From Pelagibacterales bacterium SAG-MED41 (lineage in GTDB: Bacteria > Pseudomonadota > Alphaproteobacteria > Pelagibacterales > Pelagibacteraceae): DNA of 64,000 nt. The position numbers were made by a program, and so were the translations under genes. The stretch spans positions 36,014-100,013 of the forward strand of contig JACWEJ010000001.1 in NCBI GenBank assembly GCA_014653545.1, read 5' to 3'. The notes under the pieces are model-generated. The model was not told where the DNA came from. It did no database searches and worked only from the letters and a program-made list of their open reading frames with translations. Below, one piece after another: positions 42,962 through 53,388 of the stretch. The stretch's first letter is position 1. The number at the start of each line of letters is the position of its first letter.

Positions 42962-44625
42962 TCGATAACAACGAACTTATTAATCAAATTAAATCTTATA
43001 ACAGGTTTTTAAATATAGATACGGTTAACAAAGCCTACAATTTTGCATTACAGGCTCACCAAAATCAAAAAAGAGATGAAGGAGTGCCATATATAATACA
43101 TCCTGTAGCGGTTGCAAAAATTTTAACAGATTTAAAGTTAGATAGCGCCACTATTACTACAGGACTTCTGCATGACACAATTGAAGATACAAATGTTACT
43201 TACGAAAGTGTTAAAAAAGAGTTTGGAGAGGAAGTAGCAAATTTAGTCGACGGTGTAACTAAAATTTCTGCGCTGGAAAATCAAGCCTCTGACGACTCTA
43301 AAGCTGAAAACTTTAGAAAATTAATTCTTGCAACTTCAAAAGATATACGTGTACTTTTAGTGAAGCTTGCAGATCGTTTGCATAATATGAGAACAATTCA
43401 ATTTGTTAAAGATAAAGATAAAACAATTAGAAAAGCTAAAGAAACTATGGAAATTTATGCTCCGTTAGCCGAAAGAATGGGGATGAATACTATAAGAGAT
43501 GAGTTAGAAGACCTTTCTTTTTCAGTACTAAACAAACCAGCAAGAGATTTAATTATTGAAAGACTTCATTTTATTAAAAATAATAAAGACGATACTTTTA
43601 AATCTATATCTTTAGAGCTGATTGAACTTTTAAATAAAAATGGAGTTGAAGCGACTATTACTGGAAGAGAAAAAACTCCATTTTCTATTTGGAGAAAAAT
43701 TCAAAATAAAAAAGTTTCATTAGAACAATTAACAGATATTATAGGCTTTAGAATAATTGTTAAAACAATTGAGGATTGTTATAAAACGTTAGGTATTTTT
43801 CATAGCAAATTTTCAACAATTCCTGGTAGATTTAAAGATTATATTTCGACACCAAAAATAAATAAATATCAATCTATTCATACTGCAGTCATTGGTCCTC
43901 AAAAAAATAGAATTGAAATTCAAATAAGAACTTTTGAAATGAATGAATTTGCTGAAAGAGGTATAGCATCACATTGGAAATATAAATCATCTGAAAAATT
44001 TTCAGACTTATCTTGGAAAGAATATGATTGGTTAAGAGATTTAGTTGAAATCATCGAAGCAGGTAATAGTCCTGAACATTACTATGAGTTTACAAAATTA
44101 CAAATGTTTCAAGAAAATGTTTTTTGCTTTACTCCGAAAGGATCTGTAATTAAATTACCAAAATTGGCTACGCCAATCGATTTTGCTTATGCGGTGCATA
44201 CTAAAATTGGTGACAGTGCGATCGGTTGTTTTGTAAATGGTAGAGAATCAACATTACAAAATATTTTAAATAATGGTGATATGGTAAGAATTGAAACTTC
44301 TAAAAATGCATCCCCATCATTGCACTGGTTAAGCTCTGCTAAGACAGGAAAAGCAAGAGCAGCTATAAGAAGATACTGGCAAGATAAATCATTAGAAACA
44401 GAAAAAAAGATAGAAAAAAATTACAAAAGCACAATTGAAGTAGATCTACCACATAAACCTGGTGCTCTAGGTAATATTTGCTCCTTAATTGGTTTAAACA
44501 AAGGAAATATAATCAATGTTGAGTTGCTTGAAAGAAAAGAAAAATATTTAAAATTTTCTTTTGACTTGCAAATTAAAGATTTAAAAAATTTTACAAAATT
44601 GATAAGTCAAATAAAACAAAGTTAA
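42958..44625 (+). CDS. spoT: Bifunctional (p)ppGpp synthetase/hydrolase (Rel/SpoT); C-terminus possibly cut by a premature TAA
   Basis: PYIIHP, LLHDTIED, KLADRLHNMRT, RFKDYI, EIQIRT, TGS (TPIDFAYAVHT), ACT-like end. Confidence 0.95.
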   Translation: MIDNNELINQIKSYNRFLNIDTVNKAYNFALQAHQNQKRDEGVPYIIHPVAVAKILTDLKLDSATITTGLLHDTIEDTNVTYESVKKEFGEEVANLVDGVTKISALENQASDDSKAENFRKLILATSKDIRVLLVKLADRLHNMRTIQFVKDKDKTIRKAKETMEIYAPLAERMGMNTIRDELEDLSFSVLNKPARDLIIERLHFIKNNKDDTFKSISLELIELLNKNGVEATITGREKTPFSIWRKIQNKKVSLEQLTDIIGFRIIVKTIEDCYKTLGIFHSKFSTIPGRFKDYISTPKINKYQSIHTAVIGPQKNRIEIQIRTFEMNEFAERGIASHWKYKSSEKFSDLSWKEYDWLRDLVEIIEAGNSPEHYYEFTKLQMFQENVFCFTPKGSVIKLPKLATPIDFAYAVHTKIGDSAIGCFVNGRESTLQNILNNGDMVRIETSKNASPSLHWLSSAKTGKARAAIRRYWQDKSLETEKKIEKNYKSTIEVDLPHKPGALGNICSLIGLNKGNIINVELLERKEKYLKFSFDLQIKDLKNFTKLISQIKQS

Positions 44626-44662
44626 CTAAATTTTAAAATAATAAGACATAAACAGAAAAAAA

Positions 44663-45244
44663 ATGCTTTCATCAGAAGAATCTTTGAAAATTTTAAAAGA
44701 AACTAAAGCTTTATTGGAAGGACATTTTATCCTCTCTTCTGGTTTACATAGCCCGAAGTACGTTCAGTGCGCCCAATTAATGAGCAAACCTAGCCATGCC
44801 GCTCAAATCTGTGAGTCTCTGGTTGAAAAAATTAAAAGTGAATTTAATAATATTAATTTAATACTGTCCCCAGCAATAGGAGGTATTGTTGTTGGTTATG
44901 AAGTAGGTAAACTTATGGGCATAGAAACTATTTTTTCTGAGAGAGTAAATGGAGAATTTCAATTACGAAGAGATTTTAAAATCAATAAAGGTACTAATGT
45001 TTTGATTGTTGAAGATGTAATCACAACAGGGAAATCTAGTATTGAATGTTCAAAATTAGTTAAAGTAAATAAAGCTAATATTGTTGGCTTCGCCTGCATT
45101 ATAGACAGGTCCAATAATAAAACAGAAATCAATGAAAAAATCATATCACAAATTAAATTGAATATTCCTGCCTATAAAAAAGAGGAATTACCAAAAGAAT
45201 TGACATTGATTGATCCAGTTAAACCAGGCAGCAGAAATCTTTAA
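44663..45244 (+). CDS. pyrE: Orotate phosphoribosyltransferase
   Basis: GHFILSSGLHS, VEDVITTGKS, VKPGSR. Confidence 0.96.
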   Translation: MLSSEESLKILKETKALLEGHFILSSGLHSPKYVQCAQLMSKPSHAAQICESLVEKIKSEFNNINLILSPAIGGIVVGYEVGKLMGIETIFSERVNGEFQLRRDFKINKGTNVLIVEDVITTGKSSIECSKLVKVNKANIVGFACIIDRSNNKTEINEKIISQIKLNIPAYKKEELPKELTLIDPVKPGSRNL

Positions 45245-45969
45245 TGAAAAGAATTAAACTTGGTGTAAATATAGACCACGTAGCAACTGTAAGAAATGCA
45301 AGAGGTGAAAATTATCCAAATCCATTGAAGGCAGCGTTATTAGCAGAAAAAAATGGAGCTGACTCTGTTACAATACATTTAAGAGAAGATAGACGGCATA
45401 TTAATGAGCATGACCTAAAAAAAATTATAAAAAGATTAAAAATTCCATTGAATTTAGAAATAGCGGCCACCAAAGAAATGTTAAAAATTGCATCAAGAAG
45501 CAAACCTCCATTTATTTGTATAGTTCCAGAAAAAAGAAAAGAAATTACAACTGAGGGAGGTCTTAATCTTAATTATAATAAGATGTTTTTAAAAACTCTA
45601 ATTAGCAAATTAAAAAAAAAAAAATTAAGAATAAGCTTGTTCATTGAACCAAGTATAAAAGATATACAAAAAGCTAAAAAACTAGATGCAGATTGTGTTG
45701 AAATTCATACAGGTAAGTTGTGTAATTTAATTAATCAAAGAAAAAATTATAAAAATGAACTAAAAAAAATTGATAAAGTAGTTAAAACTGGCAACTTATT
45801 AGGTTTAGAAGTTCATGCTGGACATGGGCTTACTTATGCTTCAGCTAAAATTTTATCTAAAATTAAAGGTATCACTGAGTTTAATATTGGACATTTTTTA
45901 ATAGGAGAGTCAATTTTCGTAGGAATTTCTAAGGTAATTAAAACTTTTCAAAAAATTTTAAAATCATGA
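45244..45969 (+). CDS. pdxJ: Pyridoxine 5'-phosphate synthase
   Basis: LGVNIDHVATVRNAR, HLREDRRHI, HAGHGL, NIGH. Confidence 0.98.
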   Translation: MKRIKLGVNIDHVATVRNARGENYPNPLKAALLAEKNGADSVTIHLREDRRHINEHDLKKIIKRLKIPLNLEIAATKEMLKIASRSKPPFICIVPEKRKEITTEGGLNLNYNKMFLKTLISKLKKKKLRISLFIEPSIKDIQKAKKLDADCVEIHTGKLCNLINQRKNYKNELKKIDKVVKTGNLLGLEVHAGHGLTYASAKILSKIKGITEFNIGHFLIGESIFVGISKVIKTFQKILKS

Positions 45970-46349
45970 CTATTTATGGAATTGGTACTGACATTGTCAG
46001 TATAAAAAGAATAAAATCTTCTCTTAAAAAAAAAAATTTTATTAGACATATTTACAGCAAAAAAGAAGTTTTAAAGTGTAAAGAAACTGTAAATCAACAT
46101 AATTGCTATGCAAAAAGGTTTGCAGCAAAAGAGGCTTTTTCAAAAGCGATCGGTACTGGCATTTCAAATGGAATTAATTTTAATGAAATTACAGTTTTAA
46201 ATAATAGATCAGGTAAGCCATATATAGATTTAAAAGGTCAAACAAAAAAAAAAATTAAAAAGATATTCAGAAAAAAAAAAATTAAGATTTCTTTATCTTT
46301 ATCAGATGAAAGAGATTATGCCGTAGCTTTTGTAACAATTTCATTATGA
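45966..46349 (+). CDS. acpS: Holo-ACP synthase
   Basis: GIGTDIV, AKRFAAKEAFSKA, SLSD. Confidence 0.97.
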   Translation: MTIYGIGTDIVSIKRIKSSLKKKNFIRHIYSKKEVLKCKETVNQHNCYAKRFAAKEAFSKAIGTGISNGINFNEITVLNNRSGKPYIDLKGQTKKKIKKIFRKKKIKISLSLSDERDYAVAFVTISL

Positions 46350-47083
46350 AAAAAAAAATATTTTATATAATTTTTGATAATTTAAAGACTTTAATTGGAG
46401 CTTTAATAATAGCTATTTTAATCAGATCTCTATTATTTCAACCTTTTTATATTCCTTCATCATCTATGGAGCCAACTTTATTAGTTGGTGATCGTATTTT
46501 TGTATCTAAATATACTTATGGTTATAGTAAGCATTCATTTCCTTTTAGTCCCAATTTTTCCAAGAAACGTTTTTTTTCAAAACTACCTGAAAGAGGTGAT
46601 CTTGTAGTTTTCAAAACTCCAGCAGATAATAGAACAGATTACATTAAAAGATTAATAGGTATGCCAGGTGACACAATACAATTTGTAAATGGAAACTTGT
46701 TGATCAATAACCAAAAAATTCCAAGAGAAGAGGTAGAGTCAACTGAAATAATTAGATGTGGTAAATTTAAATTAGAAACTAAATCATTCATTGAAACTTT
46801 ACCCAATGGAGCTAAATATTTAACAGTATATAAAAAAAGGGGGTCACTACAAAATACTAAAAAATTTAAAGTACCACCTGATCATTTTTTTCTAATGGGA
46901 GACAATCGTGACTGTTCTAAAGATAGTAGATATTTAGATAGTGTTGGCTACGTAAGAAATCTTAATTTAGTCGGAGAAGCACAATTAATTTTTTTTTCAA
47001 ATGATACAAATATAAGTAGTTTATTAAAATTTTGGAACTTAGTAAATTCATTTAGATTCGAAAGATTATTTAAAGTTTTATAA
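46346..47083 (+). CDS. lepB: Signal peptidase I
   Basis: IPSSSMEPTL, YIKRLIG, MGDNRDCS.DSR. Confidence 0.97.
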   Translation: MKKKIFYIIFDNLKTLIGALIIAILIRSLLFQPFYIPSSSMEPTLLVGDRIFVSKYTYGYSKHSFPFSPNFSKKRFFSKLPERGDLVVFKTPADNRTDYIKRLIGMPGDTIQFVNGNLLINNQKIPREEVESTEIIRCGKFKLETKSFIETLPNGAKYLTVYKKRGSLQNTKKFKVPPDHFFLMGDNRDCSKDSRYLDSVGYVRNLNLVGEAQLIFFSNDTNISSLLKFWNLVNSFRFERLFKVL

Positions 47084-47748
47084 TGGAAAAAAAAATAAGT
47101 ATCCTTGAAAAGATTATAAAATATAATTTTAAAAAAAAATCAATTTTAGAGAAAGCGTTAACTCATAAAAGCTTTAATAATAATATTAATAACGAAAAAT
47201 TAGAATTTTTAGGAGATAGAGTTTTGGGGTTAACAATTTCAGAGAGATTATTGGAAAAATACCCACATGAAAAAGAAGGAGTTATTGATAAAAAGTTTGC
47301 AAACTTAGTTAATAAAAAAACATGCTCACTTATAGCAAAAAAAATTGATTTAAAAAAATTTATCCTTTTAGGTTCTTCGCATAGAAAACTTGACAGATCA
47401 TCTGACAAAATTACTAGTGATTGTTTAGAAGCGATTGTTGGAGCTATTTATTTAGATGGAGGATTAAAATTTGCTAAAAAGTTTATACATCATTTATGGG
47501 AAGAATATTTATTAAAATCGAATATTACTCTAATTGACTCTAAGACCAAACTACAAGAATTTAGTTTAAAAAAATTTAAAGTTCTTCCAAAGTATATTTT
47601 CCCAAAAAAAACTGGGCCACAACATAGACCATTGTTTAAAACGGAAGTTCAAATTCCTAATTCAAAAAAAGTTATTGGAATTGGTTCATCAAAAAAAAAT
47701 GCTCAACAGGACGCTGCATATAAACTTTTAAAACTTCTAGATATATGA
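47083..47748 (+). CDS. rnc: Ribonuclease III
   Basis: ALTHKS, NEKLEFLGDRVL, EAIVGAIYLD, dsRBD (KTKLQE). Confidence 0.97.
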   Translation: MEKKISILEKIIKYNFKKKSILEKALTHKSFNNNINNEKLEFLGDRVLGLTISERLLEKYPHEKEGVIDKKFANLVNKKTCSLIAKKIDLKKFILLGSSHRKLDRSSDKITSDCLEAIVGAIYLDGGLKFAKKFIHHLWEEYLLKSNITLIDSKTKLQEFSLKKFKVLPKYIFPKKTGPQHRPLFKTEVQIPNSKKVIGIGSSKKNAQQDAAYKLLKLLDI

Positions 47749-48425
47749 TTTGGGAAGATGAATGTTACCTGTTATCAAAAAGAAAGTTTAGGGAGAATGC
47801 AAATATAATAAACATCTTCACTCAAAATAAAGGTAGAGTTGATGGCATTGTTTATGGAGGTAATTCTAGGAAAATAAGAAATTATTTGCAAATTTCAAAT
47901 AAACTATTCGTCTCACATAATACTAAAAGTGAAAATAAAATTGGATATTTAAAGACAGAATTGATTAAACCTGTTTCACCATTATATTTTAATGACAAAA
48001 AAAGAACCTCTGCATTAATTTCTATTTGTTCTCTTTTAAACGTTTTACTCCCAGAGTCTCAACCGAATATAAATATTTACAAATCATTTGAAAAGTTAGT
48101 TGCTTCCCTTAACTTAGAAAATTGGATTTATTTATATATTTTTTTTGAACTAAATCTTATCAAAGAATTAGGCTATGATACTAATCTTAGTCAAAATAAA
48201 TTCGAAAATATAAATATCAAAAATTTTAATAAAATTAAAATCGATAGTTATATTTACGAGGTTCCTAATTTTCTTATTCTAAAAAAAATACCTGATAAAT
48301 TTTCAAATATATTAATTAAAAAATCGCTTAATTTTACAAGGAATGTGATGCAAAATAAGTTTTTTATTCCAAATAATATAATTTTTCCAAAATCTAGAGT
48401 AATTTTAGAAAATTATTTCAACTAA
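47745..48425 (+). CDS. recO: DNA repair protein RecO
   Basis: MIWEDE..LLSKRKFRE, FELNLIKELGY; follows rnc. Confidence 0.88.
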   Translation: MIWEDECYLLSKRKFRENANIINIFTQNKGRVDGIVYGGNSRKIRNYLQISNKLFVSHNTKSENKIGYLKTELIKPVSPLYFNDKKRTSALISICSLLNVLLPESQPNINIYKSFEKLVASLNLENWIYLYIFFELNLIKELGYDTNLSQNKFENINIKNFNKIKIDSYIYEVPNFLILKKIPDKFSNILIKKSLNFTRNVMQNKFFIPNNIIFPKSRVILENYFN

Positions 48426-49414
48426 TTTTTAAGTTTTCTAGCAATATCCATTGCAAAGTAGGAAACAATTGCTGATGCGCCAGCTCTTTTAAAACACATT
48501 AAACTCTCCAAAATAGCATCTTCTTTAATAATTTTATTTTTAATGCCATTTTTTATTAAACTATACTCACCTGAAACTTGATAAGCTAAAACTGGTATTT
48601 TAAAATTATCTTTTATATTTTTAATAATATCTAAGTATGGCATTCCAGGCTTAACCATTACCATATCAGCACCTTCCTTAATATCGAGAGCAACTTCTCT
48701 CATCGACTCATTGTTATTTGCATAGTCCATCTGGTAATTCTTCTTGTCACTTACTAAAGATTTTTTTGATCCGATTGCATCTCTGAACGGTCCATAAAAA
48801 TTGGATGCGTATTTCACTGCGTAAGAAAGCAATTGTACGTCGTGGTAACTATTTTTATCTAAAAATTTTCTTATTTTACTAATTCTTCCGTCCATCATGT
48901 CTGATGGGGCTATAACATCACAACCCATTTCAGCTTGTAGTAAGGATTGCTTTTTTAAAACTTCAATTGTTTTGTCATTTAAAACATAATTTTTTTTTAA
49001 TAATCCATCATGACCATGAGATGTATATGGATCTAAAGCTACATCGCACATGATGCCAATATCATTTTTAAATCTTTTTTTTATGTAACGAGTGGCCCTA
49101 CAAACTAAATTATTTTCATTTAGTGCTTCATTGCCATAATAATCTTTTTTTTTATTGGGCGTGGAAGGGAAAAGAGCAATCATAGGAATTTTATTTTTTA
49201 TAGCATTACTTACTAAGCCACCAAGTTTGTCTATAGTATGCTTGTAAATGTCAGGCATTGATTTAATAGACTGTATATTATTTTTTCCCTCTATCAAAAA
49301 AATAGGGTAGATAAAATCATTACTTGATAAGTTATTTTCTTGAATCAACCTTCTAGACCAAGTGTATTTTCTAGTTCTACGTAGTCTCAAGTTGGGATAT
49401 TTACCGGTAATCAT
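48422..49414 (-). CDS. hemB: Porphobilinogen synthase
   Basis: DVALDPYTSHGHDG, APSDMMDGR, FYGPFRDA, MVKPG, AYQVSGEY. Confidence 0.98.
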   Translation of the reverse strand: MITGKYPNLRLRRTRKYTWSRRLIQENNLSSNDFIYPIFLIEGKNNIQSIKSMPDIYKHTIDKLGGLVSNAIKNKIPMIALFPSTPNKKKDYYGNEALNENNLVCRATRYIKKRFKNDIGIMCDVALDPYTSHGHDGLLKKNYVLNDKTIEVLKKQSLLQAEMGCDVIAPSDMMDGRISKIRKFLDKNSYHDVQLLSYAVKYASNFYGPFRDAIGSKKSLVSDKKNYQMDYANNNESMREVALDIKEGADMVMVKPGMPYLDIIKNIKDNFKIPVLAYQVSGEYSLIKNGIKNKIIKEDAILESLMCFKRAGASAIVSYFAMDIARKLKN

Positions 49415-49488
49415 GCTTTAATTTAATTTAAAATGCGACAAATGTATTATACAAATATATAGTACAAAACGATAAATAACAATAACAC

Positions 49489-50130
49489 ATGGACACAAAT
49501 TCAAAAAATATAGTTAATTTAAATTTAAAAAGAAAAGAAAAAATTTTAGATTTCAGTGACTTTCAAAAACAAAATATTAAGTTTGATGTTTCAAAACTAC
49601 AAGAAGCATATAGACAGATAGTAAAAACTAAAAAATTTGATGATGGTGGTGGAATATCTCATTTTGGCGCAATCTGTTTAACAAGAAAACCCGGTGATCC
49701 TGATTCTGTAAAAGGTAGCAAAGCAAGAGGAATTTATTGGACAAAGCCAGATAAATCTGGTGAAGAAGTTTCTAGAGATATAAATATCGATGAGTCAGAA
49801 TATTCAGAATTTATTCCTGATTATGAAAACACATATTTTAAGGAAGTATTTGATGTTTTATCTTCTAAGTTTAAACTTGGAAGGGTTAGAGTTCTTTTAA
49901 AAGAACCTAGATCGACATTAAGTTGGCACAGAGATCCAGAACCAAGATTGCACATACCAATAATTACAAACCCAGGATGCTTAATGGTTATAGATAATGT
50001 GGCTAAACATATGCCAGCTGATGGATCCGTTTGGATCACTAATAATACCAAATATCACAACGCATTCAATGGTGGTGAAGAGAATAGAGTTCATCTTGTT
50101 GCTTGTGTATTAGATTATAAATTTAATTAA
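49489..50130 (+). CDS. Aspartyl/asparaginyl beta-hydroxylase-like Fe(II) oxygenase (cupin fold)
   Basis: LSWHRD, RLHIPI, HNAFNGG..NRVHLV pattern of AspH-domain proteins. Confidence 0.75.
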   Translation: MDTNSKNIVNLNLKRKEKILDFSDFQKQNIKFDVSKLQEAYRQIVKTKKFDDGGGISHFGAICLTRKPGDPDSVKGSKARGIYWTKPDKSGEEVSRDINIDESEYSEFIPDYENTYFKEVFDVLSSKFKLGRVRVLLKEPRSTLSWHRDPEPRLHIPIITNPGCLMVIDNVAKHMPADGSVWITNNTKYHNAFNGGEENRVHLVACVLDYKFN

Positions 50131-50131
50131 A

Positions 50132-50569
50132 TTGAACTTTTTATTTAAAAAAATTTGTATAGCCTCTGATCACGCGGGTTATAATCTTAAAGAGCAAATA
50201 AAAAATCATCTTATTAATAAATATGTATCAATATTTGATTTAGGTCCTTATCAAAATAAATCAGTTGATTATCCCGATTACGCAAAAAAACTAGCTAACC
50301 GTCTTAAAAAGCAAAAAAGCGACATTGGTATTTTAGTGTGTGGATCTGGTACAGGTATGGCTATAAGTGCAAATAAAATTAAAGGTATTAGAGCGGCGGT
50401 TTGCTACAACGCTACTTCAACAAGATTGTCTAGGCAACACAATAATGCTAATATAATCGCATTAGGATCAAGATTAACAAAAAAAAGTTTATCACTAAAA
50501 TTAGTTGAATTATTTTTAAAAACTAAATTTGAAGGCGGTAGACATTTAAAAAGGGTAAAAAAAATATAA
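50132..50569 (+). CDS. rpiB: Ribose-5-phosphate isomerase B
   Basis: ASDHAG, VDYPD, CGSGTGM, HNNAN, FEGGRH; TTG start. Confidence 0.96.
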   Translation: MNFLFKKICIASDHAGYNLKEQIKNHLINKYVSIFDLGPYQNKSVDYPDYAKKLANRLKKQKSDIGILVCGSGTGMAISANKIKGIRAAVCYNATSTRLSRQHNNANIIALGSRLTKKSLSLKLVELFLKTKFEGGRHLKRVKKI

Positions 50570-51867
50570 TGTCAGTAATAAAATTAAATAAATATTTAAA
50601 CAGCTTTTTTAAATTAAAACTACAGGATGCTGATAAAGAACTTTACAACACAATTAGAGATGAGTTTACAAGACAGCAAAACCACATTGAATTAATTGCA
50701 TCAGAAAATATCGTTTCAAAAGCAGTTTTAGAAGCTCAAGGATCTATTTTAACAAACAAGTATGCAGAGGGTTATCCGGGAAAAAGATATTATGGTGGTT
50801 GCGAACATGTAGATGTATCCGAAAATCTGGCCATTGAAAGAGCAAAAAAATTATTTGATTGTAAATTTGCTAATGTACAACCACACTCTGGGGCTCAAGC
50901 TAATGGTGCAGTTTATTTGGCTCTATTAAAACCAGGCGATACTACCCTAGCGATGAGTTTAAACTCAGGGGGACATTTAACACATGGAGCCAAGCCAGCT
51001 CAATCAGGTAAATGGTTTAATGCTCTTCATTATGAAGTTGATAAAGAAACGGGCTTAATCGATTATAATGCTGTCGAAAAACTTGCTATAGATAATAAAC
51101 CAAAACTTATCATTGCTGGTGGTAGTGCATATTCAAGAATAATTAATTTTAAAAAGTTTAGAGAAATTTGTGACAAAGTAGGTGCATACCTATTAGTAGA
51201 CATGGCGCACTTTTCAGGTTTGGTAGCTGGAGGTGCCTATCCTAATCCTACAAAGTATGCCGATGTGGTTACATCAACTACGCATAAAGTTTTAAGAGGT
51301 CCAAGAGGTGGAATTATTTTAACTAATAATGAGGAGTTAATTAAAAAAATTAATAGTGCAATTTTTCCTGGTTTACAAGGCGGACCATTAATGCATGTAA
51401 TAGCAGCTAAAGCAGTTTGTTTTAAAGAAGCTTTGTCTAAAGATTTTAAAGAATACACTAAAAATGTAATTAGCAATGCTAAGGTACTCTCCGATAGTTT
51501 AACGGAAAAAGGTTTTAAAATTTTTTCAGGAGGAACAGATACTCATTTAATGCTACTCGATTTAAGATCATTTAATGTTACTGGTAAAGATGCCCAAGCC
51601 TCTTTAGGACGAGCTAATATTACTTGTAACAAAAACGGTATACCTTTTGACACAGAAAGTCCTATGATCACATCAGGAATTAGATTAGGCACTCCAGCTT
51701 GCACAACTAGAGGCTTTGGTAAGCAAGAATTTAAGCTAATTGCTGAATTAATACATAAAGTTATAAAAGGATTAAGTGAAAATAAATCAGATAATTCAAG
51801 AATAGAAAAAGAAGTTAAAAAAGAAATAATTGATCTTTGTGCGACTTTTCCTATATATGATATTTAG
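50569..51867 (+). CDS. glyA: Serine hydroxymethyltransferase
   Basis: [27 protein letters not shown]. Confidence 0.99.
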   Translation: MSVIKLNKYLNSFFKLKLQDADKELYNTIRDEFTRQQNHIELIASENIVSKAVLEAQGSILTNKYAEGYPGKRYYGGCEHVDVSENLAIERAKKLFDCKFANVQPHSGAQANGAVYLALLKPGDTTLAMSLNSGGHLTHGAKPAQSGKWFNALHYEVDKETGLIDYNAVEKLAIDNKPKLIIAGGSAYSRIINFKKFREICDKVGAYLLVDMAHFSGLVAGGAYPNPTKYADVVTSTTHKVLRGPRGGIILTNNEELIKKINSAIFPGLQGGPLMHVIAAKAVCFKEALSKDFKEYTKNVISNAKVLSDSLTEKGFKIFSGGTDTHLMLLDLRSFNVTGKDAQASLGRANITCNKNGIPFDTESPMITSGIRLGTPACTTRGFGKQEFKLIAELIHKVIKGLSENKSDNSRIEKEVKKEIIDLCATFPIYDI

Positions 51868-51876
51868 ATAAAAATT

Positions 51877-52338
51877 ATGCTTTGCCCATTTTGTAGAGAA
51901 AAAGACACATCAGTTGTAGATTCAAGGCCTACAGAAGATGGGACTGCGATTAGAAGAAGAAGGCTTTGTGGTTGTGATAGAAAAGAGAGATTTACAACTT
52001 TTGAACGTGTTCAATTTCAAGAACTTACTGTTATAAAAGGGAGTGGAAAAAGGGAACCTTTTGACAGAGATAAAATTTCAAAATCAATAAGAATAGCCAC
52101 CAGAAAAAGACCAATTGACTCTGAAACAATCGAAAAATTTATATCTAAGATCGTAAGAAATCTTGAAGGACTGGGTGAAAGTGAAATACCTACACCTACA
52201 ATTGGTAAATTTATTATGGAGGGTTTGTCTTCACTAGACAAAGTTGCTTATGTTCGTTTTGCTTCTGTTTATAAGAATTTTAAAGAGGCGAAGGATTTTG
52301 AACAGTTTGTGGGCAATCTAGATGATAACAAATCATAA
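51877..52338 (+). CDS. nrdR: Transcriptional repressor NrdR
   Basis: [30 protein letters not shown]. Confidence 0.97.
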   Translation: MLCPFCREKDTSVVDSRPTEDGTAIRRRRLCGCDRKERFTTFERVQFQELTVIKGSGKREPFDRDKISKSIRIATRKRPIDSETIEKFISKIVRNLEGLGESEIPTPTIGKFIMEGLSSLDKVAYVRFASVYKNFKEAKDFEQFVGNLDDNKS

Positions 52339-53386
52339 ATTTTTTTTAAATCTTGCTTTCCAAATGGCAGAGAAAAACCTTGGAAAAACAGGGCACAATC
52401 CATCCGTAGGTTCAATTATTGTTAAAAATAACACTGTAATTTCATCTGGTGTTACATCAATTAATGGTAGACCACATGCCGAGTTTAATGCATTAAATAA
52501 AGTTAAAAATGCTATTGGGTCAACTCTTTATACATCTTTAGAACCATGTATACATCAAGGAAAAACTCCCCCATGTACTGATATTATTATTAAAAAAAAA
52601 ATTAAAAAAGTTTTTTTTGGATTTGAAGATCCAGATTTAAGGACATTTAAAAAAGCAAAAAAAATTCTTAATACAAAAGGTATTAAAACTAAATTAATTA
52701 AATCCAATAAATATAATAATTTTTATAGAAGTTACTATATCAATAGAAAGTTTAAGATACCGTTTATTTCAGCGAAAATAGCAATATCTAAAGATTATTT
52801 TACAATAAATAAAAAAGAGAAATGGATTTCAAATACTTTTTCTAGAAAAATTACTCATATAATAAGATCCACACATGATGGAATAATATCAACATCACAA
52901 AGTATTAATTTAGATAATGCTTTACTTAATTGTAGAATACAAGGATTAAATAAATATAAACCTGACTTATTTATAATAGATTTAAATTTAAAGTTAAAAA
53001 AAAATCTTTTATTAAATAAAATTCTTAAAAAAAGAAAAACCTATTTAATTACTTATAAAATAAATATCAAAAAGGCGCAAATTTATAAAAAAAAAGGGTA
53101 TAAAATTATTTTTGTTAATTCTTTAGTAAACAAAAATAATTTTAATTTATTGTTTAAAAAAATCTACAAAATGGGTTACTCAAGAATTTTAGTTGAAGCT
53201 GGACTCACTTTACTTAACACCTTAATAAAAAATAAATTAATCAATGATTTATATATTTTTAAAACTAATTATAATTTAAAAAATAGAGGGAAAAATAACG
53301 CTATATTAAGGCATCTTAAAAGTATTCCATGTAAGCCAATGTCAATTAATTTAAATAATGATAAACTACATAAAAAAGAATTTTAA
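52322..53386 (+). CDS. ribD: Riboflavin biosynthesis deaminase/reductase
   Basis: [21 protein letters not shown]; divergent reductase half. Confidence 0.93.
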   Translation: MITNHKFFLNLAFQMAEKNLGKTGHNPSVGSIIVKNNTVISSGVTSINGRPHAEFNALNKVKNAIGSTLYTSLEPCIHQGKTPPCTDIIIKKKIKKVFFGFEDPDLRTFKKAKKILNTKGIKTKLIKSNKYNNFYRSYYINRKFKIPFISAKIAISKDYFTINKKEKWISNTFSRKITHIIRSTHDGIISTSQSINLDNALLNCRIQGLNKYKPDLFIIDLNLKLKKNLLLNKILKKRKTYLITYKINIKKAQIYKKKGYKIIFVNSLVNKNNFNLLFKKIYKMGYSRILVEAGLTLLNTLIKNKLINDLYIFKTNYNLKNRGKNNAILRHLKSIPCKPMSINLNNDKLHKKEF

Positions 53387-53388
53387 AA

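Noticed and set aside
49450-49466. NrdR-box-like AAATATATAG upstream of the AspH-like gene
   Set aside because: Single copy, lacks the conserved first C, and likely by chance in AT-rich DNA
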